This document shows positions 21,215 through 31,080 of a stretch of 64,000 nucleotides of DNA, in pieces; position 1 is the stretch's first letter, and each line of letters starts with the position of its first letter. Source of the DNA: Nostoc sp. (GTDB lineage Bacteria > Cyanobacteriota > Cyanobacteriia > Cyanobacteriales > Nostocaceae); assembly GCA_036918135.1 (NCBI GenBank), contig JBALDB010000051.1, positions 96,001 through 160,000 of the forward strand, written 5' to 3'. A model generated the notes under the pieces. The model saw only the letters and a program-made list of their open reading frames with translations. It was not told the origin of the DNA and ran no database searches. The translations under genes were made by a program, and so were the position numbers.

Positions 21215-21883
21215 ATGACGCGTCGTATCATTCATATAGATGAAAGTCCTATCCGTTTTGAACGGTGGCGGCAATATTTACCAAATTGGTTGCAACGTTT
21301 TTTGCCAAGTGGGGGCGGAAATTTTGAAGACCATCATGGCAAAGGGATGTTCGGGTTTAGCGTATTCCTGCTATCAGAAAGCTTAGTTTTTTTGAGTTTC
21401 ATTTTGACCTACGTGGCTCTGCGATTGACGCACTCAAAAAACTGGTTACCACCTGGTGTTTCCGGTGTAGAATTATCTAATTTTGTAATTATTAATACAG
21501 TAGTTTTGCTTTCCAGCAGTTTTGTAATTCAACCTGCAGAAAATGCTCTTAAGCGTGGCAGGATGAAGAGATTTCGCTGGCTTTGGCTGATGACGATCGC
21601 AATGGGAACCTACTTCTTAATTGGTGTATTAATTGAGTGGCGGAAACTCGATTTTGGGTTAACTACAGGATTAGTTGGTTCAACATTTTATCTATTAACG
21701 GGTTTTCACGGTCTCCACGTTCTGACTGGTGTAATTCTTCAGATAATTATGTTAATTCGCTCTTTTATTCGAGATAATTATAATAAAGGTCACTTTGGTG
21801 TAAGTGCAACTACTTTGTTTTGGCATTTTGTTGATGTGATTTGGGTCTTTTTATTCTCACTACTCTATCTGTGGCGAGCATAA
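21215..21883 (+). CDS. coxC: Heme-copper oxidase subunit III
   Basis: FLLSESLVF, NTVVLLSSS, TGFHGLHV, FWHFVDVIW. Confidence 0.95.
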   Translation: MTRRIIHIDESPIRFERWRQYLPNWLQRFLPSGGGNFEDHHGKGMFGFSVFLLSESLVFLSFILTYVALRLTHSKNWLPPGVSGVELSNFVIINTVVLLSSSFVIQPAENALKRGRMKRFRWLWLMTIAMGTYFLIGVLIEWRKLDFGLTTGLVGSTFYLLTGFHGLHVLTGVILQIIMLIRSFIRDNYNKGHFGVSATTLFWHFVDVIWVFLFSLLYLWRA

Positions 21884-21922
21884 AAGTATTTAAAAAAATC
21901 AAGCATTTTCAGGAGTAAATTT

Positions 21923-22162
21923 ATGAAGTTATTAGCAGATGAATTACCACCCCCAAGAGCAATTCAAGAAACTCCACCACCAGGTACAAATAGAGATCCA
22001 CTAATTGCACACAATTTGCAAAAAGAACAGTATGTAGGCATTTTTGGGCTAGCGATCGCCTTGGTTGCTGCTGTAGGATTTTTTAGCCGCCGAGTAGAAT
22101 ACGCTATTGTATTCGCTATTATTCTGAGTGCGATTTTGATTGCTTTCTTTATCTTTGTATAG
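21923..22162 (+). CDS. Small two-TM hypothetical protein
   Basis: AGGAG RBS upstream, two hydrophobic helices, co-oriented within the operon. Confidence 0.65.
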   Translation: MKLLADELPPPRAIQETPPPGTNRDPLIAHNLQKEQYVGIFGLAIALVAAVGFFSRRVEYAIVFAIILSAILIAFFIFV

Positions 22163-22266
22163 CAAATTAGTCATTGGTGATTAGTCATTGGCTATCAATT
22201 ATTAATTATTTACCCTGCCCCTCTGGCTCATCTCTCCCAATCCTCAGTCCCTAATCTTCAATATTT

Positions 22267-23634
22267 ATGAACAGCCCAGTTTATCAAACTGTGATTGTCG
22301 GCGGTGGTTTTACCGGACTATTCACAGCATTACATCTAGCCCGGGAACGTTATTCTCGCTCTGTAATTTTGATTGAAAAAAATGAGCGTTTTTGCTTTAA
22401 GCCGTTACTGTATGAATATTTCGATGGCGAGATGGAAACCTTTCAGGTTTTACCGCGTTTTTCGGAATTGCTTCGCGGTAGCGGTGTTATCTTTGTTCAA
22501 GATACAGTACAGTCGATAGATCTGCATCAACAGCAAGTCAGTTTAACTTCAGGAAACTCCTACAAATACAGTAATTTAGTATTAGGTTTAGGTAGTGTTA
22601 CTGGCTATCATAATGTTGAAGGAGCCAGAGAAAATGCCTTTGCTTTCTGGACACAAGCAGATGCGATCGCTCTCGACCGTCATTTACGCGACTGTTTACA
22701 AAAAGCAATTAAAACTGAAGATGCACAACAACGTCAGAAACTATTAACAGTAGTCGTAGTTGGTGGTGGTGCTTCTGGTGTAGAAATGGCGACTACCCTA
22801 GCAGATTTTGTTCCCCAATGGTATGGGGCTTTAGGAGGCAATTCAGCTGAAGTTCGGGTGATTATCCTCAATCATGGGCAAAAAATACTTGATGGCGATA
22901 TTAACGATCCACTAGGCTTAATTGCTGAAAAAGAATTACAAAAACGCACTGTACCAATTGAAATCATTACAGGAGCAGAAGCCAGTGCTGTTTATCTTAA
23001 CGCAGTTGAATATAAGAAGAACAATCAAGTAAACACGCTGCCCACATATACCACAATCTGGACAGCTGGTACTTCCATTCATCCATTGATTGAAAACTTA
23101 CCAATTCCTCAAGAACATCGAGATCCTCGCAATCGTCTCCTAGTGAATTCGACAATGCAATTGCTCGATTTTCCAGAAGTTTTTGCAGGCGGTGACTGTG
23201 CAGCCGTTCAAAATAATTCGCTCCCAGCAACAGCCCAAGTAGCTTATCAACAAGGAGCTAATATTGCCAATAACTTAAAAGCGATCGCCGCAGGAGAAGC
23301 CCTCAAACCTCTTCATGTTAATATCCGAGGAACCCTGTTAAAGTTGGGGTTAAATGATGCTGGTGCTAACTTATTTAATGTTTTTGAAGTTGCAGGCGAA
23401 CCTGCACATTTAATTCGCCAAGCTACTTATTTAACGCTATTACCAACTCCAATTCATGACTTCAAAGCTACAACTGAATGGTTGGATGAAGAGATTTTTC
23501 ATCACCATCTTGACCCTCAAGATGTGAGTAAAAAAGTTGTACAAGCTGTGGAGTTACTTGGTGCGGGAGTCGTTGGTGTTTTAGCTGCAAGAAAATTACT
23601 GCGAATATTAGGAGATGAGGATAAAAAGGAATGA
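22267..23634 (+). CDS. Type II NADH:quinone oxidoreductase (NDH-2-like) flavoprotein
   Basis: IVGGGFTG, FKPLLYE, VVGGGASGVEMA, FAGGDCA, PATAQVAYQQG. Confidence 0.88.
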   Translation: MNSPVYQTVIVGGGFTGLFTALHLARERYSRSVILIEKNERFCFKPLLYEYFDGEMETFQVLPRFSELLRGSGVIFVQDTVQSIDLHQQQVSLTSGNSYKYSNLVLGLGSVTGYHNVEGARENAFAFWTQADAIALDRHLRDCLQKAIKTEDAQQRQKLLTVVVVGGGASGVEMATTLADFVPQWYGALGGNSAEVRVIILNHGQKILDGDINDPLGLIAEKELQKRTVPIEIITGAEASAVYLNAVEYKKNNQVNTLPTYTTIWTAGTSIHPLIENLPIPQEHRDPRNRLLVNSTMQLLDFPEVFAGGDCAAVQNNSLPATAQVAYQQGANIANNLKAIAAGEALKPLHVNIRGTLLKLGLNDAGANLFNVFEVAGEPAHLIRQATYLTLLPTPIHDFKATTEWLDEEIFHHHLDPQDVSKKVVQAVELLGAGVVGVLAARKLLRILGDEDKKE

Positions 23635-23642
23635 TGAATTGC

Positions 23643-23735
23643 TAAGTAGGTGGGTAGGAAAATTTATCGTTGATGTAAGGCAGAAGGAAACAGAGTTAAA
23701 GATTATATCTTACGTTTTTCAATGTTGACCTACTT
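23643..23735. mobile_element. MITE-like element related to 10337-10460
   Basis: Ends taagtaggt / gacctactt. Confidence 0.5.
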
Positions 23736-23871
23736 GCTTATGGGGTGGACATCTTGTCCGCCTTTCTTTACAGGCGAGCGAGACGCCCACCCCACAAGAA
23801 AAGTTGGATGTTTTTTTAATTTGGAAGTCTCTGATTGAGCAACGTAGATAATTTATTTTTTGGAAGTCTTT

Positions 23872-23905
23872 AACACCGTGAAACGTTTTTGGCTTTCACG
23901 GTGTT
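23872..23905. terminator. Hairpin between convergent genes
   Basis: aacaccgtgaaa...tttcacggtgtt 12-bp stem. Confidence 0.6.
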
Positions 23906-23956
23906 AGTTGTGGGTTTTCTGCTTCGATTGCTGCTGACCCAAGCCATATGATTGAG

Positions 23957-24439
23957 TTACTCGACATTAGACATCAGAAGCTTGGATATCTCCGCATGTG
24001 CCAAGACAGCAGCAGGTTCGCTCTGGAGCGCGTTATAATACTTTCTCTCGAAGGTATTACCTGTCTCTAAGGGCACAATCAATGTGCGGACATCAGCAAT
24101 CAACTTTTGCATATCATCCAAGGCTATCGGTTCATCTGCTGTGAGCATTTCATCAATTTGCACAACAATTTCAGAAATTCGATGTAACCAAGCAAATTGC
24201 TCGTGACCAATGACGAGTTGCAGGAGTTCTGTACTCGATACCCTTCCTTTAACTTGTTCGTAGGCGATGCGTTCTGTCTCTAGCAACATCTTGTGAAGGT
24301 ATAGTAATTTATTTCGTAAATCACGCAGATATTGATGTTGACGGATTCTTTGTAGAAGTGTGTTAGAAGTCAATTTTAACCATCCTCTCGTTACGATAGT
24401 CTTCAAAAAGTTGAATAATTTTGCTTTGCTATTTATCAA
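23957..24439 (-). CDS. Conserved hypothetical protein (true start probably internal, near 24373)
   Basis: LLYLHKMLLETERIAYE...FAWLHRISEIVVQIDE helical protein. Confidence 0.7.
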   Translation of the reverse strand: MINSKAKLFNFLKTIVTRGWLKLTSNTLLQRIRQHQYLRDLRNKLLYLHKMLLETERIAYEQVKGRVSSTELLQLVIGHEQFAWLHRISEIVVQIDEMLTADEPIALDDMQKLIADVRTLIVPLETGNTFERKYYNALQSEPAAVLAHAEISKLLMSNVE

Positions 24440-24604
24440 CCGAAGTTCATCTATCGGTTTCTTTACTAAGACGCACTATAATTAACATATATTTTTATAG
24501 TGGTCATTTCTCATATTCGATTAATCATATATTAACATAAAATTATAACAAGTATATAGACAGAAGCTTATCGAGCAAACATCAGTTATGGAAAAACCGT
24601 CTTC

Positions 24605-25171
24605 ATGTCGCTAGCACATGTAATTCTGGGTCTTCTTCAGCAGCAAGCAATGACGGGCTATGACCTGAAAACGAGCTGCTTCGATCAATGCATTGCCCAT
24701 TTGTGGCCAGCAGACCAGGCACAAATTTACAGAACCCTCGAAAAGCTAGTTGAGCAAAGCTATATTACCTGTACGATTGAAATTCAGCACGATCGCCCTA
24801 ACCGCAAAGTCTACAGCATAACCGAGTCAGGGAAAGCAGAATTACTTCAATGGCTTGGTATTCATCAATCCTTACCGATTGTACGCGAACCAATGCTTAT
24901 TCAGTTGCATTTTGCAGAACAATTGCCTAATGAAACTATTATTCATCTACTAGAGCAGCAATTGGCAGCTCGAAACGAAAAGCTTGCCGAGTGTGAAACT
25001 ATTGATTTACCACAACTGAGCGATCGCTCTGCTAGCCGCGAACAAGTAATGCAAAGGCTGGTGCTGGAGTTGGTAATCCGTAGAGAACAGATTTATATTG
25101 ATTGGTTGAAGACAGCAATCAATGTTATTGGTCAGCAAAAACCATATCCATCACAATACCAAATTCTTTAA
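24605..25171 (+). CDS. PadR family transcriptional regulator (AphA-like)
   Basis: ILGLL...MTGYDL...QIYRTLEKL...RKVYSITESG. Confidence 0.92.
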   Translation: MSLAHVILGLLQQQAMTGYDLKTSCFDQCIAHLWPADQAQIYRTLEKLVEQSYITCTIEIQHDRPNRKVYSITESGKAELLQWLGIHQSLPIVREPMLIQLHFAEQLPNETIIHLLEQQLAARNEKLAECETIDLPQLSDRSASREQVMQRLVLELVIRREQIYIDWLKTAINVIGQQKPYPSQYQIL

Positions 25172-25189
25172 CTCTCATCAATCGAAACA

Positions 25190-26566
25190 ATGACAACAGT
25201 AGCAGTCAATCCCTATCTCGATCGCAATTTTGCTCCAATTCGCAAAGAAATCACCACTGACAAATTACCAGTCATTGGCGAACTACCTTCTGACTTATCA
25301 GGGATGTTTGTCCGCAATGGCCCTAACCCACAATGGCCACCCATCGGTGAATATCACTGGTTTGATGGAGATGGAATGTTGCATGGCGTGCAAATTAGCA
25401 ACGGCGTAGCTACTTACCGTAACCGCTATGTGCAAACAGCCGGATGGAAAAAGGAACGAGAAGCGGGTAAAGCCCTCTGGACGGGGTTGTTAGAACCAGT
25501 ACAAATGGATATTGGTGGCTACAAAAACACTGGCAACACTGCCCTAGTGTGGCACGATGGTCAAATGTTGGCGCTCAACGAGGGAGGTAGTCCTCACGCT
25601 ATCAAGCTTCCGGAACTAGATACCATTGGCGAGTACACTTACAATGGCAAGCTGATTTCTAAATTCACAGCCCATCCGAAGGTAGATGCGGTGACAGGAG
25701 AAATGATTTTCTTTGGCTACTCTTTTGTCGCCCCACCGTACTTGCAATATAGTGTGGTTTCAGCAGAAGGCGAACTGTTGTGGACAGTGCCAATTGATTT
25801 GCCAATAGGGGTAATGATGCACGATTTCGCCATCACTGAAAACTATACGATTTTCATGGATCTGCCGCTGACTTTCAACCCTCAAAGAGCGCAACGGGGA
25901 GAACCTGTAATGATGTTTGAGCGCGATCGCCCTAGTCGCTTCGGCATTCTACCACGTCATGGTAACAACAGTAATATCCGCTGGTTTGAAAGTCCTGCTT
26001 GCTACGTCTTCCATACCCTTAACGCCTACGAAGAGAAAGACGAAGTAGTGCTGATTGCTTGTCGCATGAGTTCTACTAGTGTTTTAAGTTCAAATAATTC
26101 CCAACCCGACCCAGACGCAGATATTCCTCGCCTGTATCGCTGGCGATTTAACCTCAAGACTGGAACAGTACGTGAAGAAATGTTAGATGATGTAGCTTCG
26201 GAATTTCCCCGCATCAACGAAAATCTAGTGGGGCGGCAAACCCGCTATGGCTACACTAACAAAATGGCCAACAACCCCCTGCCTTTATTTGAAGGTATCA
26301 TCAAATACGACCTCAGCAGTGGAAAGTCGCAAATTCACGAATACGGAGAAGGACGCTACGGCGGTGAAGCTGTGTTTGCGCCGCGTCCCGGTGCAACGGC
26401 TGAGGATGATGGTTGGCTTGTGACTTTCGTCCACGATGAAAATTCCAACACTTCAGAATTAGTGGTGGTGAATGCTCAAGATGTCACGGCTGAACCTGTA
26501 GCACGGGTGATAATTCCTCAACGGGTGCCTTATGGATTTCATGGTGCCTGGGTTGCGGGGGAATAG
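25190..26566 (+). CDS. Carotenoid cleavage oxygenase family (RPE65/CCD/LSD) dioxygenase
   Basis: RNGPNP, HWFDGDGMLH, four Fe-ligand His (TAHPK, MMHDF, VFHTLN, GFHGAW). Confidence 0.93.
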   Translation: MTTVAVNPYLDRNFAPIRKEITTDKLPVIGELPSDLSGMFVRNGPNPQWPPIGEYHWFDGDGMLHGVQISNGVATYRNRYVQTAGWKKEREAGKALWTGLLEPVQMDIGGYKNTGNTALVWHDGQMLALNEGGSPHAIKLPELDTIGEYTYNGKLISKFTAHPKVDAVTGEMIFFGYSFVAPPYLQYSVVSAEGELLWTVPIDLPIGVMMHDFAITENYTIFMDLPLTFNPQRAQRGEPVMMFERDRPSRFGILPRHGNNSNIRWFESPACYVFHTLNAYEEKDEVVLIACRMSSTSVLSSNNSQPDPDADIPRLYRWRFNLKTGTVREEMLDDVASEFPRINENLVGRQTRYGYTNKMANNPLPLFEGIIKYDLSSGKSQIHEYGEGRYGGEAVFAPRPGATAEDDGWLVTFVHDENSNTSELVVVNAQDVTAEPVARVIIPQRVPYGFHGAWVAGE

Positions 26567-26649
26567 TCAACCAATTTAAAGATAATTGTAGGGGCACAGC
26601 CATGTGCCTTTACCCGTGTACTTCATTTACCTGAAATATGCTGTATTGA

Positions 26650-27015
26650 TTAAAGTTTTTCTAGAGAAACTAAACCATTGTCTTGAAAATCGATTTCTAG
26701 ATGATATCCTGCCATCAGAGAAGTTCCTAATAAAGGTTTATAACCAGCAGCTAAAACTGGAACTAATTTTTCAATACCGTCCCATAAAATTGTTGCCAAA
26801 TGTATAGCTAATAAAGCTTGACTACCATCAGCTAACCTTGCTTCGGTACTAGAATACAAGGGAAGATTCATTGTGCTGACTGCCTGTGATGGTAAAGTTA
26901 GATGGTCATTAAATCCAGTATCAATGACAAAATCTAGAGAAAAATCTGGTTGTGAAGGTAAACGAAAAACTACTGGAATTATTACCCTACCATCAATCAC
27001 TTTGCGATAAATCAT
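26650..27015 (-). CDS. Clan AA (retropepsin-like) aspartic protease
   Basis: FVIDTGFND catalytic motif, LADGS flap, PLLGTSLM. Confidence 0.85.
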   Translation of the reverse strand: MIYRKVIDGRVIIPVVFRLPSQPDFSLDFVIDTGFNDHLTLPSQAVSTMNLPLYSSTEARLADGSQALLAIHLATILWDGIEKLVPVLAAGYKPLLGTSLMAGYHLEIDFQDNGLVSLEKL

Positions 27016-27284
27016 TCAGCAGTACGCTCCATCGCACCACCAAAACTTACGGCAACATCATAACCAATTCGTATGGTGAACAATCTAGCATTAGGGTTTT
27101 TCTGTTTTAACTTTAATGCTGTCTCTACACCAGTTGGATCTATGCCATATTCACCTGTTTCTGCATCAATCACAATCATCTTGCCGATATTGTCACTAGA
27201 CTCGACATTTTGACGAATACCGTTTTCGTAAAACTGTTTCGCTCTTAGGGCTACTTCTTCTACACTCCAGAAAATTGATTGCAT
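27012..27284 (-). CDS. Small conserved protein translationally coupled to the aspartic protease
   Basis: GKMIVIDAETGEYGID...RIGY; 4-nt ATGA overlap with the protease gene. Confidence 0.75.
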   Translation of the reverse strand: MQSIFWSVEEVALRAKQFYENGIRQNVESSDNIGKMIVIDAETGEYGIDPTGVETALKLKQKNPNARLFTIRIGYDVAVSFGGAMERTAE

Positions 27285-27331
27285 TACGATTACATTTAGT
27301 TTTACTTCTTAAAGCATTGTAATGGCTAAAC

Positions 27332-27604
27332 GTTGAACCTTTTTGCTCGAACGTTGAGCCTCTGAACCTCGAAGTTGAGCTTTTGAAGGTCAATGTTGAG
27401 CTTCTGAACCTCGAAGTTGAGCTTTTGAAGGTCAACGTTGAGCCTCTGAAGCTCGAAGTTGAGCTTTTGAAGGTTAATGTTGAGCCTCTGAACCTCAAAG
27501 TTGAGCTTTTGAAGGTCAATGTTGAGCCTCTGAACCTCGAAGTTGCACCTTTGAGCCTGGAAGTTGCACCTTTTATCCTCGAAGTTGCATGTTTGAATCT
27601 GGAC
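27332..27604. repeat. 21-bp tandem array, 13 units, alternating into a 42-bp higher-order unit
   Basis: GTTGAGCCTCTGAACCTCGAA / GTTGAGCTTTTGAAGGTCAAT alternate from 27353 to 27541, with divergent units at both ends. Confidence 0.93.
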
Positions 27605-27626
27605 AGTGAAAAATAAGTAGTCAAAA

Positions 27627-27689
27627 GTCGTTGCGAGCGAAGCGAAGCAATCCCAGCCTTTGCGATTGCTTCGCTTCGCTCGCAATGAC
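27627..27689. repeat. Long palindromic REP-like element
   Basis: gtcgttgcgagcgaagcgaagcaatc...gattgcttcgcttcgctcgcaatgac, ~26-bp stem. Confidence 0.85.
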
Positions 27690-27829
27690 AAAATATGTTT
27701 TTAGATGTTTGGGATGCTCCCATTGCCACAATCCAAAATCCGAAATTCAAAATCAAAAATGATATGCCTATTCCTGAATTTACAGCAGTGAGCGTGTAGT
27801 AAAATTTGCTCACCTCTGTAAAGTGGAAC

Positions 27830-29968
27830 ATGGCTTTAGACTTCTCCGGTCAAAATCTCCGAGGACGCAACTTCAAAGGTAGACAAGACCTTGTGGGTGC
27901 AAACTTTAGCTATGCCGACATCCGAGGGGCAAACTTCACTAATGCTAATTTAACAGGTGCAAACTTCAGTCATGCCAAAGCTGGACTGCAACGACGGTGG
28001 GCAATTGGTTTAGTCCTTGTCTCGTGGTTGTTGTCGGAACTGTCAGGATTATTATGGGCTGTCAATGGTTACTTGGTGTCACTAATATTTAATTCCCGCT
28101 TAGAAAATCAGATTATCGGCTGGACTGTCCTAATCGTATTAATTGGCTTTTTCTTCCTCACAATTCGCCAAGGATTAGCAGCTGGTTCAGGAGCCGTAGC
28201 CTTCGCTGTAGCCGGAGCCGTAGCTGTAGCCTTAGTCGGAGCCGTAGCCTTCCTCGGAGCCGTAGCCTTCCTCGGAGCCGGAGCCAAACCCATAACCGAA
28301 GCTGCAACCAAAGCTGCAGCATATACACTCTTCACCGTACTCGGAACCGTAGCCGCAGATGTAGCCGGAGTCATAGCCATAGCCTTAGCCGGAGCCTTAG
28401 CCATAGCCTTAGCCGGAGCCTTCGCTGTAGCCGGAGCCAGAGCCTTAGCCGGAGCCTTCGCTGTAGCCATAGCCGGAGCCGGAGCCTTCGCTGTAGCCGG
28501 AGCCAGAGCCTTAGCCGGAGCCTTAATCGTAGTTATCGCCTTCGCCTTCGCCGGAGCCTTCGCTGGAACGTTATTTAGTATCTACATCAGCTGGCGAGCC
28601 ATGAAAGGAGACGAAAAGCACTCCTTGATTCGTAATATCGCTGTTACCTTTGCTGCAACAGGAGGTACAAGTTTTCGTGGCGCTGACTTAACAGGTGCTA
28701 ATTTCACTCAAGCTACGCTCAAAAGTACAGATTTGCGAAACAGTATCCTTATGTGTAGCTGTTGGCATCAAGCCAAAATGCTTGACCGTATTCGTCCTGG
28801 CTCAACTTATCTGCAAAACTCACAAGTACGTCAACTGCTGGTTACAGGACAGGGACAGGATAAAAACTTTGACCGTCAAAACCTGCGAGGTATCAACTTA
28901 CAAAAAGCTAACCTAGCAGATGCCAGCTTTATTGGCGCTGACCTCAGTGAAGCAAACTTGCAAGATGCCGATTTGTCAAGAGCGAAACTGAAGCAAGCAC
29001 AACTAGACGGCACAGATTTAACAGGTGCAACTCTCACCGGAGCTTACATCGAAGATTGGGGGATTACAAATACAACTAAATTGCATGGCGTGAGGTGTGA
29101 ATATGTCTTCATGCGCTTACCCACCAAAGAAGACCCCGACCCTTGTCGCAAACCAGATAATAAACAAGAAGTATTTGCAGACGGCGACTTTGCCGAATTT
29201 ATCAAACCAATTTTTGACACCCTCGACCTTTACCACAATCAAGGCGTTGACCCCCGCGCCATTGCCATTGCCTTCAAAAACCTCGCACAAAACCATCCCG
29301 AAGCCGAATTAGAAATCGTGGCAATGGAGAAACGCGGCGATGATAAAATCTTACTTCGTGCCAAAACCGCAGCAGGTAGCGATAAATCTCAACTGAGTGC
29401 AGAATATTTTGATGACTATAATCAACTTAAAGCTTTATCTCAAAGTCAGCAATTATTGCTGATAGAAAAAGACAATTATATTAGCGATTTAAAAAATATG
29501 ATAACGACTGCACTCCAGCAGCCAAAATCTTATACACAAGGAAATACCATTATGTCTGATATCAGCGGCATCAATATTCAAGGTAGTAGTAATGTTGGCG
29601 GTATTGCTGGTGGTGGTTCTGTTGCTAATTTAGGAACCATCAGCGGTAATGTAAGTATTGCCCTCAACCAATTACCTGATTCCCCAGATGCAGAAAAACC
29701 AGGTATTAAAGAATTATTGACACAGTTGCAAGAGGCAATTTCAGATTCCTCAGATTTACCAGAAACAGACAAAGCTGATGCACTAGAACAGGTAAAAGCT
29801 TTAGCAGAAGCAGGTAAAAGCCCCCAAGAATCGAGTAAGCAAAAAACGGCAAAAAATGCAATCACTATGTTGAAAGGCATATTTTCTGGCTTACCTGCTA
29901 TTGCCTCAATAGTTGAAGCTGCTAATAAATTATTACCTGCGATCGCCAAGCTATTCAATTTGGGATAA
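27830..29968 (+). CDS. Pentapeptide-repeat membrane protein with Ala/Gly-rich low-complexity segment and C-terminal helical domain
   Basis: A(N/D)(F/L)xx pentapeptide blocks at both sides of a hydrophobic AGA-rich region; ATG at 27830. Confidence 0.88.
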   Translation: MALDFSGQNLRGRNFKGRQDLVGANFSYADIRGANFTNANLTGANFSHAKAGLQRRWAIGLVLVSWLLSELSGLLWAVNGYLVSLIFNSRLENQIIGWTVLIVLIGFFFLTIRQGLAAGSGAVAFAVAGAVAVALVGAVAFLGAVAFLGAGAKPITEAATKAAAYTLFTVLGTVAADVAGVIAIALAGALAIALAGAFAVAGARALAGAFAVAIAGAGAFAVAGARALAGALIVVIAFAFAGAFAGTLFSIYISWRAMKGDEKHSLIRNIAVTFAATGGTSFRGADLTGANFTQATLKSTDLRNSILMCSCWHQAKMLDRIRPGSTYLQNSQVRQLLVTGQGQDKNFDRQNLRGINLQKANLADASFIGADLSEANLQDADLSRAKLKQAQLDGTDLTGATLTGAYIEDWGITNTTKLHGVRCEYVFMRLPTKEDPDPCRKPDNKQEVFADGDFAEFIKPIFDTLDLYHNQGVDPRAIAIAFKNLAQNHPEAELEIVAMEKRGDDKILLRAKTAAGSDKSQLSAEYFDDYNQLKALSQSQQLLLIEKDNYISDLKNMITTALQQPKSYTQGNTIMSDISGINIQGSSNVGGIAGGGSVANLGTISGNVSIALNQLPDSPDAEKPGIKELLTQLQEAISDSSDLPETDKADALEQVKALAEAGKSPQESSKQKTAKNAITMLKGIFSGLPAIASIVEAANKLLPAIAKLFNLG
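28190..28565 (+). repeat. GC-rich codon-level repeats (GCCGGAGCCTTAGCC/GCTGTAGCC)
   Basis: Repeated AGA(L/F)AVA units, including duplicated AFAVAGARALAGA. Confidence 0.8.
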
Positions 29969-30051
29969 TCTGAGCGTTAGGAGTGGCAAGTTAAGAGCTA
30001 AGAGTTAAGAATCATTCTCCCCACACCCCCCACACTCCCCACACTCCCCAC

Positions 30052-30762
30052 CTAAAACGATTTCTCCTGATACCCTCCAGCGTAGTCAATCACGCAGACT
30101 GTTCTATAAGATTTGTGAATTCCAAAAGCAACACCAGAGACTTGAAAAGCGCCGTTAAAAATGTTTTTTCGATGACCGCGATCGGGTACACCATCATCAA
30201 TAATTAATTGCATGACGATATCTTGGGCGGTGTTTGGCCCGTAACTAATATTTTCGCCTGCGGTTGTTTGCCATCTCCCATAGCGGTTGATGCGAGTAAA
30301 GGGGTCGCTACCATCGCTACCATCATGCCCTGTAGCACCTTTTGCGCCTTGGTCTTTAACGTGGTCTTTTGCGGCTAAAGACATACCTTTAGAGGGACTC
30401 AAAGCACCTATAGGACGTGCTGTTTTGAGAAATGCGATCGCCTCATCGACTGCTTTGACTCCTTCTTGAGTTCTCAAATAAGTATTATCAGAAATTTTGA
30501 CTCGGTTACCTTGAAAGCGCTGGCGATAGTTTTCCAAAATCGGCACGTATGCTTGAGGATTTGTTCTCACTTTATTTGTTTCAATAATTACTTGTTGTTC
30601 GAGTGGTGAAAGGTAACTTGCTTTTGCTAACAAAGTCGGGCTATTTTTTTCAACTATTGCTGGCTGAGATTTGCCTACAGTTGGGTTAGATTGAAGCAAT
30701 CGATCTGAACAACCAAATGTCAAGGTAAGTGGGAAAAATACCCAAAATTTAATCGGATGCAT
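30052..30762 (-). CDS. CAP/SCP domain lipoprotein
   Basis: [35 protein letters not shown]; lipobox-like TFGC. Confidence 0.88.
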   Translation of the reverse strand: MHPIKFWVFFPLTLTFGCSDRLLQSNPTVGKSQPAIVEKNSPTLLAKASYLSPLEQQVIIETNKVRTNPQAYVPILENYRQRFQGNRVKISDNTYLRTQEGVKAVDEAIAFLKTARPIGALSPSKGMSLAAKDHVKDQGAKGATGHDGSDGSDPFTRINRYGRWQTTAGENISYGPNTAQDIVMQLIIDDGVPDRGHRKNIFNGAFQVSGVAFGIHKSYRTVCVIDYAGGYQEKSF

Positions 30763-31080
30763 TCATAACCTCGCAATTTTTCTATGAATTAATTTAGTGA
30801 ATTAGAAAGAATAGGAATTTCAAGGCACAGTAAACTCTGTTAACGCTTCTACAGCTTCTTGAGAATAAGTGTAGATTCACGTACTAGTTTTATAGATAAC
30901 AATGTAACTATTTTTGTTCCTGAAATACTACAAAATGATTGCTACGATTTTTCCAACTTTAACGCTTCACCTAAGGATTCCCCAATCTCTAGTTCAAGTT
31001 GCACTCGTCACTCTATCTACTGATTATTAACACATCAATAAGCAATCAAGTTAAATTAGACAAAATAGAATTGAAAAATA

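Noticed and set aside
27332..27604. CRISPR array
   Set aside because: Contiguous 21-bp units without unique spacers and no cas genes; the same applies to 13766-13878
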